This document shows positions 49,648 through 57,869 of a stretch of DNA of 64,000 nt, piece by piece. The position numbers and the translations under genes were made by a program. Origin of the DNA: an uncultured virus (IMG/VR IMGVR_UViG_3300008107_000009). Lineage: Duplodnaviria > Heunggongvirae > Uroviricota > Caudoviricetes. Position 1 is the first letter of the stretch; each line of letters starts with the position of its first letter. The notes under the pieces are model-generated. The model had not been told where the DNA came from. It saw nothing but the letters and a program-made list of their open reading frames with translations, and did not search any database. The stretch lies in IMG/VR virus record IMGVR_UViG_3300008107_000009; one strand, given 5' to 3'.

Positions 49648-49680
49648 AAAAAGAAAAAGGGATCAAATAATTGATCCCTT
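49648..49680 (-). terminator. Rho-independent terminator after the acidic protein gene
   Basis: 10-bp stem AAGGGATCAA/TTGATCCCTT with a 4-nt loop, followed by a T-rich run on the minus strand. Confidence 0.85.
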
Positions 49681-49701
49681 CGCTTGTATTATTAATGCTT
49701 A

Positions 49702-50220
49702 TTAGTTAAAAAATTTATTGAAAGCTGGATTTGAAATTTCCTCTGATTCTTCTTCTTCCTCTTCCATTTCATCGGATTCCTCCATGCCCATTTCATGATC
49801 CCAATCCATATCCTCTTGATCTCCACCTTCCATTTCTTCTTCTAAATTCTCGTCTTCTTCGAAGTCGTATTCTTCATTGTATTCTTGAACCTCTCTCTCG
49901 AATGCATCTTCTTCAGACTCTTCCATTTCCTCTTGCTCCTCTTCTTCATCATCCATTCCCATATCTTCCTCGTCTTCGTCAGATTCGGTATCTTCTTCAG
50001 ATTCGGTATCTTCCCCGCCTATTTCAAAATCATCTTCGGATCCACCTTCAGTTTCTTCGTTTTCTTCTTCAGTTTCCTCATCTCCCATTACATCATCAGA
50101 TCCACCGTCAAAATCCATTGAATCATCTTCTGGTGATTCTTCTTGTGGAAGATCTTGGTCGAGAGTTCCTTCTGCATATCGCTTAGAAAACTCTTCAAAA
50201 CTTAATATCTTTTTTTCCAT
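49702..50220 (-). CDS. Extremely acidic protein (about 50% Asp+Glu), putative prohead core/internal protein
   Basis: 172 aa, 86 D/E by hand count; N-terminus KKILSFEEF; own promoter and terminator. Confidence 0.75.
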   Translation of the reverse strand: MEKKILSFEEFSKRYAEGTLDQDLPQEESPEDDSMDFDGGSDDVMGDEETEEENEETEGGSEDDFEIGGEDTESEEDTESDEDEEDMGMDDEEEEQEEMEESEEDAFEREVQEYNEEYDFEEDENLEEEMEGGDQEDMDWDHEMGMEESDEMEEEEEESEEISNPAFNKFFN

Positions 50221-50237
50221 TGTATTCGTATTTTATT

Positions 50238-50245
50238 TATATATC
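50238..50245 (-). promoter_or_regulatory. Putative late promoter GATATATA(AATA)
   Basis: 17 nt upstream of ATG 50220. Confidence 0.6.
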
Positions 50246-50259
50246 TTTTTTTCTGGAAA

Positions 50260-50520
50260 TTATTCAGTTGCATCACCCATATTGGATGCCATTCCAGACT
50301 CCTGAGATCCTTTTCCTGGATAGTCTATTTTAGAAGTTTGATTAAAAACACCATCCTTATATCCCACATAATCATAAGGCTGTTCTGGCTTTATTTTATG
50401 AAATGGAGACCTGTTTTTAACTTCTTTGTTAAAATTTTTGGAATTCCATGGATCGTTTACAACTTTAAGAAATTGCTTAAAGTCTAATACTTCTCTCTTT
50501 TTTATGTCTTTTGTATGCAT
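50260..50520 (-). CDS. Hypothetical protein, 86 aa
   Basis: ATG ORF filling the gap; VLDFKQFL motif; near-consensus GGTATATA upstream. Confidence 0.65.
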   Translation of the reverse strand: MHTKDIKKREVLDFKQFLKVVNDPWNSKNFNKEVKNRSPFHKIKPEQPYDYVGYKDGVFNQTSKIDYPGKGSQESGMASNMGDATE

Positions 50521-50530
50521 TTTTAAAGTA

Positions 50531-51184
50531 TTATATACCTAATATATCCAGAATACCGCCGCTTTTCTCTTTTCCCATAGCAGCATTTTCTATATCTTTT
50601 TCTGAGAATTTACCTCCGAATATGTTGGTAAAAGAAGTTCCCTGACCACAAACTACACCCTCAAGTTTATCACTCAAAGATTCCACAAATTGTGTTGAGT
50701 TTATATAATTAGTTAAAGCCTCTCTCATTGATCCGGCAAGTGTTCCCATAAAACCTCCGCTCATGTTAATGTCTATTCCAATTCCTCTGGATAAGATAAC
50801 GGCAAGCGCTTTTTCTTCTAGTGTCTCTAATAGTCCTTTTCCGATGGCATCTATCCAATATTTACAGGATCCTTCTCCGAAATATCTTCCTATATTTCTA
50901 AAACTTACTTGTTCGATAATGTTCTTTGCAAATTCACTTAAAAAGTTGTTATCTGAGGGAAGACCTAATTGCTTCAAAAGCCATCCAGCAGCATAGTTTT
51001 TCATTCGGTCAGTAAATCCTGCACCTAGTGATCCTACTAAATCCCATATACCCTCATCGATCTGATTCTGACTATATCCATTTTCAACCATGTTTTGATA
51101 ATGAGCATCTAGTCCTTCTAAGAGCTTAAAGTACTCCTCATGAGATTCGTTTAAACTAAATTCCGAATACCTTAGTACCTTCAT
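50531..51184 (-). CDS. Putative internal head/ejection protein, 217 aa (start revised to ATG 51184)
   Basis: MKVLRYSEFSLNESHEE start is preceded by a promoter motif and avoids overlap with the divergent rimK-like gene; amphipathic Gly-rich helices. Confidence 0.7.
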   Translation of the reverse strand: MKVLRYSEFSLNESHEEYFKLLEGLDAHYQNMVENGYSQNQIDEGIWDLVGSLGAGFTDRMKNYAAGWLLKQLGLPSDNNFLSEFAKNIIEQVSFRNIGRYFGEGSCKYWIDAIGKGLLETLEEKALAVILSRGIGIDINMSGGFMGTLAGSMREALTNYINSTQFVESLSDKLEGVVCGQGTSFTNIFGGKFSEKDIENAAMGKEKSGGILDILGI

Positions 51185-51199
51185 CTTTACTTTTTTATT

Positions 51200-51236
51200 T
51201 ATATATCTCTTCTTGCAGGGGAAACGTTGATATATA
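51200..51236. promoter_or_regulatory. Back-to-back divergent GATATATA promoter motifs (51200-51207 minus; 51229-51236 plus)
   Basis: One motif upstream of each divergent gene, 15 and 17 nt from the starts. Confidence 0.65.
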
Positions 51237-51253
51237 GATAAACAAATAAGGTA

Positions 51254-52720
51254 GTGATTACAGAACAAGAAGAATTCGTATTTCAGGGGGGTAAACCAAA
51301 TCAAGGGAAACCAATATCTTTAATAATTTTAACAACCAAGCTAGAGTCCAAAGAAAACTCATATGCCCCAACTGTTAAAAAAATGATGGCTAAATCCTCT
51401 GCTATGAACTTTAAATGTGTTGTTGTTGATACATCACAAGGGGAAATAGAAAAAACAGAATCTGGAAGCTTTTATATAAGAAATAAAGGAAGTAAAAACA
51501 AGTATGAAATAGAACCTAAAAGCTCCATCATTCTTGCTAGAAGATCTAGCATAAACTCCACCGCTGCTGTTAAATTCTTTGAGAAATTAGAATCTCTGGG
51601 CTTTGTTTCAGTAAACTCATTAAAATCTGTGCTTCTTTGTGAAGATAAATTAGATACAGTTCAAAAACTTCAAGAGAAAAAAATATCAACGCCAAAAACT
51701 TCTCTTATATCATCGGAGGAAGATATCGAAAGCTCCGTTTCTAGAATAGGAGGAAGATATCCGGTAATTGTAAAGCTCCTCAGCGGAACAAAGGGAATAG
51801 GTGTATTTCAGGCAGATTCACAGGAATCTTTACTTTCTACATTACAAACAATTTGGAAATTATCACCGGATACTGAGCTTATTGTACAAGAAAAAATTGA
51901 AGCGGACCACGACCTGAGAATCCATGTACTTGGGACCAAGAACGAGAGAACGGGAACTGATTATACGGTTATAGCTGCAATGAAAAGGATCAAGATTGAA
52001 AAAGATTTTAGAACCAATGTCTCATTAGGCGGCAGAGCAGAAGCTATCGAAATATCTCCAGAAATAGAACATCTTGCTATAGAAGCAGCAAAAGCTACTG
52101 GATGTTCCTGGTGTGGAGTTGATATTATCATAGAAAAGGATACAGGTTTACCTTATGTTCTAGAGGTAAATGCATCTCCCGGAACTGATGGCATAGAAAA
52201 AGCAACAGGTTTAGATGTCACATCAATAGTTTTAGATTTCATCTTAAATAAAAAGAACTGGAACTATCCAAGAAAAGTAGCAGGATTTAGAGAGATCTTT
52301 GATGTAAAAGGTGTTGGTAAATTTATAGGTAAACTTGACACCGGGAACGGAGCAATGGCATGTTCTTTACATGCAGACTATTCAATCCAAGAGGATGAAT
52401 TTATAAATTGGACAATTGGGGGTAAATCCTTTAGTAACAGAATAGTAGATTACTCTCATGCTGAGGTTGGTGATCAAACAGAGAAGAGACCAGTAATTCT
52501 CATGGATGTAGAATTCAATGGAATGGTCTATAAGAAGATAAAATTTTCTCTAGTGGATAGAACCTATAAAAGCACCCCGATGTTAATTAACAGAACATTT
52601 ATGGAGGAAGCTGGCCTAATAGTAGATTCAAGTAAAACTTTCTTGCTGACACAAGAACCTATGAAATATTCTCCTCTTAAAGCTAAGGGAGATTCTACAG
52701 CAGGTATAGATCTATTTTAA
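51254..52720 (+). CDS. rimK: RimK-family ATP-grasp ligase fused to a C-terminal RimB-like retropepsin-type aspartic protease
   Basis: CEDK, PKT, YPVIVKLLSGTKGIGV, VQEKI, DLRIHV, DFRTNVSLGG, GVDI, VLEVNASPG; then GKLDTGNG...SLHA...KRPVI...FSLVDR...PMLINR. Confidence 0.88.
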   Translation: MITEQEEFVFQGGKPNQGKPISLIILTTKLESKENSYAPTVKKMMAKSSAMNFKCVVVDTSQGEIEKTESGSFYIRNKGSKNKYEIEPKSSIILARRSSINSTAAVKFFEKLESLGFVSVNSLKSVLLCEDKLDTVQKLQEKKISTPKTSLISSEEDIESSVSRIGGRYPVIVKLLSGTKGIGVFQADSQESLLSTLQTIWKLSPDTELIVQEKIEADHDLRIHVLGTKNERTGTDYTVIAAMKRIKIEKDFRTNVSLGGRAEAIEISPEIEHLAIEAAKATGCSWCGVDIIIEKDTGLPYVLEVNASPGTDGIEKATGLDVTSIVLDFILNKKNWNYPRKVAGFREIFDVKGVGKFIGKLDTGNGAMACSLHADYSIQEDEFINWTIGGKSFSNRIVDYSHAEVGDQTEKRPVILMDVEFNGMVYKKIKFSLVDRTYKSTPMLINRTFMEEAGLIVDSSKTFLLTQEPMKYSPLKAKGDSTAGIDLF

Positions 52721-54130
52721 AAGATAGTTTTCGTATCCCTTTACAAAGTAATTAATAGCTTCAACCCTATAATCATTGGGATCTTTTACTATTTTGTCGT
52801 TCTTTAAAGGATGTTTCTTTCTTTCTATAACAGAATCTGGAACTAGCCCTTTGAAAGTTTTTTTCAAAATTGTCTTATTCTTCCGGTATTCAAATGGAAG
52901 CCACATTGCAAGCTGAATTAGTTCTAAATTTAAAAACGGGTTTCTTAACTCCAAAGTATGTGCCATACTCATTTTATCTAATCTAGGAAGGTGATAATAT
53001 GTGAGTTCATGGAAAATATCGGATTGCTGGGAATCATATTCGTTTATTCTCCGATACCCCCCAAACATTTCATCCGCCCCATCACCGGATAAAACTATTC
53101 TGGTATTTGTTCCTTTTTTAATAGCATCAAAGAGATGATATTGGGGTACCACACTTCCCATATCAACGGGGGATTCGTTCCACCTAAAATAAATCTCGTT
53201 TAGATCTAAATCTACCTCATTCATGTTGTATTCTAGGCGATTTACTTTTATTCCCCAGTAATCCTCGCATTCTCTAACATATTCGTCATCTGGACCATTA
53301 TTGATAGTGTACCAGCTAACATCTGCCCCAAGTTTAAGAAGTAACCCTCCTATGATAGAAGAGTCCAATCCACCGGATAGTAAGATGGAGATAGGATAAT
53401 CCAAGCTTAATAGCCTGTTTTTTGTTGCCAGCTCGAGTTTATTCCAAACCCAATCTAGTAACATGTCTTCAGAATCAAATTGAAATTTGGGGGGTTTAAA
53501 TGCGAAATAAGGACCATATTCTTGCTTAAAGTCCGGAGCATTAAAATTCCATTTGTAGATGAAATTAGGTTTTAATTTTTGGACGTTTTCGAAGGGGGTA
53601 GATTCGTTAGCAACATACCCCCATTTCCTCACACCGCCCATAAATCCTGAGCTAATTATAGAATTTTCATTCAGTAAACCTTTCATCTCTGAACAGATCT
53701 CACCTAATTCGTTGGTATAAAGGCACTTCTTACCTAGAGGATCTGTAAAGCAAATCACATCTTTCTTGGACATATCAACCAAGCAAATAGCCCAAAACCC
53801 ATCCCAGCTTTTAATATGTGGTTCATATAGAGAGATAAACATCTCCAAGGAGGAAAATTCAAAGGTACTAAAAAGATCTTTGAGGTATTCTGTATCTGAT
53901 CCATAATGTAAGGGGTAATTAAAAATTTCCCCGTTAAATAGGAGATAACGGTTATTAGATAACTCTACTGGCTGAATCCAGCCGTCACCAACTGCAGTCT
54001 GAATAGGCAATCTATGGTGGCATAGAGTCAGTCCAGAAGCATCTGAATGAGTGTAATATTCAATACCTCTATGAGAAATGGATTTTATCCTTTCCTCTGA
54101 GGGATTATGAGCAATTAGTATTCCGCACAT
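52712..54130 (-). CDS. asnB: Asparagine synthetase B-like glutamine amidotransferase
   Basis: MCGI N-terminal nucleophile, HRG, HHRL, FNGEIFNY, SDTE, LSGGLDSS, VLSGDGADEMFGGY, RLDKMSMAHTLELRNPFL. Confidence 0.9.
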   Translation of the reverse strand: MCGILIAHNPSEERIKSISHRGIEYYTHSDASGLTLCHHRLPIQTAVGDGWIQPVELSNNRYLLFNGEIFNYPLHYGSDTEYLKDLFSTFEFSSLEMFISLYEPHIKSWDGFWAICLVDMSKKDVICFTDPLGKKCLYTNELGEICSEMKGLLNENSIISSGFMGGVRKWGYVANESTPFENVQKLKPNFIYKWNFNAPDFKQEYGPYFAFKPPKFQFDSEDMLLDWVWNKLELATKNRLLSLDYPISILLSGGLDSSIIGGLLLKLGADVSWYTINNGPDDEYVRECEDYWGIKVNRLEYNMNEVDLDLNEIYFRWNESPVDMGSVVPQYHLFDAIKKGTNTRIVLSGDGADEMFGGYRRINEYDSQQSDIFHELTYYHLPRLDKMSMAHTLELRNPFLNLELIQLAMWLPFEYRKNKTILKKTFKGLVPDSVIERKKHPLKNDKIVKDPNDYRVEAINYFVKGYENYLLK

Positions 54131-54669
54131 TATTTTAAGTTCTTAATTATAGTCTGAAATCCGGATAGCGATTCAAGATCAAACTTGTTTTCAACCTTGT
54201 GAATCTTAACACCGGATAACGAAAGATAAGCTATGATCTCATCAAAGATTTCTATTTCCTTCGGGATCATTTTATCCATGTGGTCCCAAACGTCTTTTTT
54301 TCTTTCTCCTTGGTATGTTCCATAAACATAAAAGAAAAAGACATCTTTAAAAAGATTATTTTTTACCATGTAAGCCAATTCCTGATAAACTGTATCGCGG
54401 GATACCCGGTTGTTAAGTATTCCCCAGACGGAATTGGTAATTACCCCCCGATCCATGATTAAATCGGGTAAAAAAGAATCTCTATTCAATTGATGAACCA
54501 TTAATTCCTTGCCTAATCCGATACCATGAGTTATCTCTCCACCCTCTGGGAGTTCTAAATTTGTATAAGCTCCGTTAAAATCGAACTTAAAAACTGGAAA
54601 GGTATTTTGGGAGCTGACAAAAAAAGTTTTACCTGACTTTCTGGCTCCCTCTACAACAAAAAGGGACAT
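54130..54669 (-). CDS. P-loop nucleoside monophosphate kinase (thymidylate kinase-like)
   Basis: VVEGARKSGKT and LIMDRG motifs; stop overlaps the asnB start. Confidence 0.7.
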   Translation of the reverse strand: MSLFVVEGARKSGKTFFVSSQNTFPVFKFDFNGAYTNLELPEGGEITHGIGLGKELMVHQLNRDSFLPDLIMDRGVITNSVWGILNNRVSRDTVYQELAYMVKNNLFKDVFFFYVYGTYQGERKKDVWDHMDKMIPKEIEIFDEIIAYLSLSGVKIHKVENKFDLESLSGFQTIIKNLK

Positions 54670-54732
54670 AAATTTTAAATTTATATCCCTAAAAGTACTA
54701 AAAATTCCGTATTTATTAAAATGTCATTACAG

Positions 54733-57003
54733 CTAGAACTTCTTTACCCCTGATGGAAGGTATCCATTCAGTAAGGCTTTTTGAGAGTTGTCAAAATAAA
54801 ATTGAACTAGGTTTCTTAATCCGAATCCACTTTTATCCTTTTTATATTCCATAAATTTCGTTATTTCGTCCACTGACATTTTATTATAATAAGAAGGAGC
54901 ATTCATCATTTGTCTTTGTGAAGGCCACCATTTATTATTCCAAAAGGTCTCGACCGCTTTAAACATTTCTGGAGTTGTGACCTCGTCTCTAAATACTGCA
55001 GCAGCCTCTTCTTCTCTCTCGTTTGCTCCGGACATCTTAACTAAAATCTTTTTACATATCTCACCCGCCTTAACTTGAAGATCTGCAGCTGCTTTTGCCA
55101 CTGCGTCTGCTTTTGCTTTCTCAGCTTGGTCCATATTACTTTTCCAGTCCATTACTCCTGGTGTTCCGTAGAACGTGTCCTTATCGGAATCTGTATAAGC
55201 TTCAAATCCCTCTGGGGTGCATTTCCATGTTCCTTTAAGTGTTTCGTTTTTTGATGCATAGAAAAAAGAATAAGTCCCATCTGCATTAAAAGTGTGCTTG
55301 TTTTTATTTTCTCTTTCTATGGTTGCCTTACCTCCCGAGATTTTTGTTGTGTTGTCTGCAGACCTAATGCAATTAAAAGTGCTGGATTTTTTTTCTCCTC
55401 CTGATCCAGATCCCGATGATCCCGATTTAGAACCCGACGAAGAGAAAGAATTTGATTTTGCGGTATATGCATCCCAATCGAAGTTCTCTCTAACAGAGTA
55501 AAGTGATTCAAATACCTCGGAGGAAAGTTTATCCACTAATTCTTGGGTAATATCAGAAGAAGTATCCTTTAATCCCAATCCTGCCTTAATAGAGGATATA
55601 AGATTTCCTGTGTTTTGTCCAAATTTTCCGTCTGCCCCATACTTGGAAAATTTCTTATAAAGTTCACTGTCTTTTCCCTTGCTTGACTTTCCGATTTTAT
55701 CGATAATTAATTGTTGAACTTTTTTAACGTCATCATTTACACTCCCCCTCTTTTTAGCATCATATTTAACAGTATTTTCTAATTTAAAAGGTGCTGAAGC
55801 TCCAGCGCTACCTGCTGTTCCTGCTGTTCCTGCAGTACCTGAATCTCCTGTTGGTTTAGGTTTCTTTCTTTCTATTGCAGCTTGATTGGCAGCATTTTGA
55901 GAAAGCATAGGAAGTGTGCTAAAAGCGTTATCACCATCTTGTTTGTATTTTTCGACTTCAGGGGTTGCAATTGATAGTGTTTTAAAACTTCTAAGAGTCT
56001 TTGATTCCTCATCGTATGCTTTATCAAAAGCATCTTTTTTAGATTTGAATAGAGATTCTAAATTCGAAATTGTTTTACCGACCTGTTTAAAATCTATATC
56101 TTTCTTCTGCTCGTCATCAACTGATAATTCTGCTCTAACCTCGGCAACGCTCTTTATAAGGGAGACAAATTCTCCGTTCATTGCTAGGGATTTAAAATTC
56201 TTCTTGGAGGGATCACCAGATCTCATTGCTATAAGTTCAAGAACCCCCTTAACAGATCCTTCTAAGGTTTCAACTCTAGCAGATTCTGCCCTGGCATTTC
56301 TTCTAGCAACCCTATCTTCTTTAGCCTCGTTTACTATCCTATTAAAAGAATTAAAATCGATAGCTATTTTATTATGGATGAGTTGTTCCATAACTTGGCC
56401 TCTAGTTGAAAATTCTTCCGGAATAAAGGACTTACTTTCCCCTGCTAATGTTGCCTTTGTTTGCATTTCGTCTTTAAGCTTTGCTAAGCCTCCAGAAACA
56501 AGTTTTTTTAACAACTCCCAGTCAGAATCTTCCATTCTGGCTTGTCCTGATTCGTCCTGTTGTTTAACATAAACCATAGCTTTATCAATTGCTACTTTGT
56601 AATTTTTAAAACCGGAGGAAAGATTTTTTCTCCATTCATCTAGTAGATTAACATATTCTGTGTCACCCTTAGATGCACTTAAAAAATTGTTTACCTCTTG
56701 TCTTAAAGCATTATAAAAATCTTCTAATTGTGGTCCTATTGTTTTTTTAGTATCAATAGCATCAACTGCTGCTTGAATTTTTGCTGGTAAATTTGCAATA
56801 TACTCATCTTTAAACTTAGATGGCTCTGGATAGCTATTAACAGCAATAATAAAGTTTGCAGCTAGATCGTTACCTAATTTTGCAAGGGATTTAACATAAT
56901 CAGAAAAAACCGTTCCGGGTTGAGGTTTGTCCTGTTCGTTAAGAAACGGGTTTTTATATGAATTAGCCCTATTAACTAAGCTTTCAAAAAGAGGATTTCT
57001 CAT
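54733..57003 (-). CDS. Putative internal/ejection protein, 756 aa, with a peptidoglycan-binding-like domain
   Basis: RGSVNDDVKKVQQLI...YGADGKFGQNT resembles PG_binding_1; GTAGTAGTAG and GS-rich linkers; several LFE/LNE/VNE motifs. Confidence 0.6.
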   Translation of the reverse strand: MRNPLFESLVNRANSYKNPFLNEQDKPQPGTVFSDYVKSLAKLGNDLAANFIIAVNSYPEPSKFKDEYIANLPAKIQAAVDAIDTKKTIGPQLEDFYNALRQEVNNFLSASKGDTEYVNLLDEWRKNLSSGFKNYKVAIDKAMVYVKQQDESGQARMEDSDWELLKKLVSGGLAKLKDEMQTKATLAGESKSFIPEEFSTRGQVMEQLIHNKIAIDFNSFNRIVNEAKEDRVARRNARAESARVETLEGSVKGVLELIAMRSGDPSKKNFKSLAMNGEFVSLIKSVAEVRAELSVDDEQKKDIDFKQVGKTISNLESLFKSKKDAFDKAYDEESKTLRSFKTLSIATPEVEKYKQDGDNAFSTLPMLSQNAANQAAIERKKPKPTGDSGTAGTAGTAGSAGASAPFKLENTVKYDAKKRGSVNDDVKKVQQLIIDKIGKSSKGKDSELYKKFSKYGADGKFGQNTGNLISSIKAGLGLKDTSSDITQELVDKLSSEVFESLYSVRENFDWDAYTAKSNSFSSSGSKSGSSGSGSGGEKKSSTFNCIRSADNTTKISGGKATIERENKNKHTFNADGTYSFFYASKNETLKGTWKCTPEGFEAYTDSDKDTFYGTPGVMDWKSNMDQAEKAKADAVAKAAADLQVKAGEICKKILVKMSGANEREEEAAAVFRDEVTTPEMFKAVETFWNNKWWPSQRQMMNAPSYYNKMSVDEITKFMEYKKDKSGFGLRNLVQFYFDNSQKALLNGYLPSGVKKF

Positions 57004-57020
57004 GATTTTATTTATTTTAT

Positions 57021-57869
57021 CTATATATTCTTTAGCCTATTCCTTAAGATGGTAATTTTTTGATTTATGGAATTACTATTTCTGCGGTATTCGTCTTTCA
57101 GATCTTCATTTCTGCTTTTTGCCATTTGAAAAGTTTGAATATCTCCGGATCTGTAAGAAATAGCTCTTAGTTCTTTAAGCTCTTCTGTTTTCTTTTTGTA
57201 ATCCCTATCCATCTCATATTTCAAAGCTGCGATATCTTCTAGCATCTCAGCAATATCTGCTTTAGGGAGTCCGCTAATTTGATTAGTAAATTCCCTTAGA
57301 GGCAAATCATACATGCCCCAATTTCCTTCATCCCTTAGATAAGTTTCTTCCCTGTATGGGGTTTCGGTTTTGTACTTTTTAGATTCTGCTTCTAACCCTT
57401 TCCATTGATTATAAAATTGATTCTCGTATTCATAATCTTTGAATCTTCTTGCCTTTTCATATGCATATTGAGCTATTTGAGAATCCGCTGCAATTTTATT
57501 TTTCTGATAAAAGTTTATTAAAGATGTGTCATCACCACATATTTCTTTAATTTCTTTTATTATAAAATTCATTTCGGAATTTTTTGCTATTTTCATAGCA
57601 TCTAAAGCTCTTTTACTCATTAATGCCTTTTGTCTGGCATTATTCATCATCACAGGATCTTGCATCTTTTTAGATTCACTATAAAAGATATCATAGTTAA
57701 GCTCGTCCGATTTATCAATAAAGTCTTTTTCTATCTGCACCATCTTATTGATCTTGTCCTGAATTTTAGGTTTACTCCCGGAAAGAAAAGATCCCACTCT
57801 GTTTACTAGATTTTTAAAAAAACCTTCGTTCATGTGGCTTTCAGATATAAATTCGGAATACTTTTTCAT
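57021..57869 (-). CDS. Coiled-coil putative internal head protein, 282 aa
   Basis: N-terminus MKKYSEFISE is close to the T4 internal-protein targeting peptide MKTYQEFIAE. Confidence 0.7.
   Translation of the reverse strand: MKKYSEFISESHMNEGFFKNLVNRVGSFLSGSKPKIQDKINKMVQIEKDFIDKSDELNYDIFYSESKKMQDPVMMNNARQKALMSKRALDAMKIAKNSEMNFIIKEIKEICGDDTSLINFYQKNKIAADSQIAQYAYEKARRFKDYEYENQFYNQWKGLEAESKKYKTETPYREETYLRDEGNWGMYDLPLREFTNQISGLPKADIAEMLEDIAALKYEMDRDYKKKTEELKELRAISYRSGDIQTFQMAKSRNEDLKDEYRRNSNSINQKITILRNRLKNI
57022..57029 (-). promoter_or_regulatory. Putative late promoter AATATATA
   Basis: 18 nt upstream of ATG 57003, overlapping the preceding stop. Confidence 0.5.

Noticed and set aside
51185..51304. 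N-terminal 40 codons of the 257-aa track ORF
   Set aside because: They overlap the divergent rimK-like start and both promoter motifs; ATG 51184 gives a better start.
52712..54130. Lasso-peptide cyclase with a RiPP precursor
   Set aside because: The glutaminase domain is intact (MCGI), and no B1/B2 proteins or precursor peptide are nearby.
55916..56572. 218-aa plus-strand ORF and similar ones at 26152-26637, 29536-30033, 37680-38072 and 49731-50186
   Set aside because: Antisense shadows lying within or almost entirely within well-supported minus-strand genes, with the Ser/Leu/Phe-rich composition expected from reverse-complement coding.
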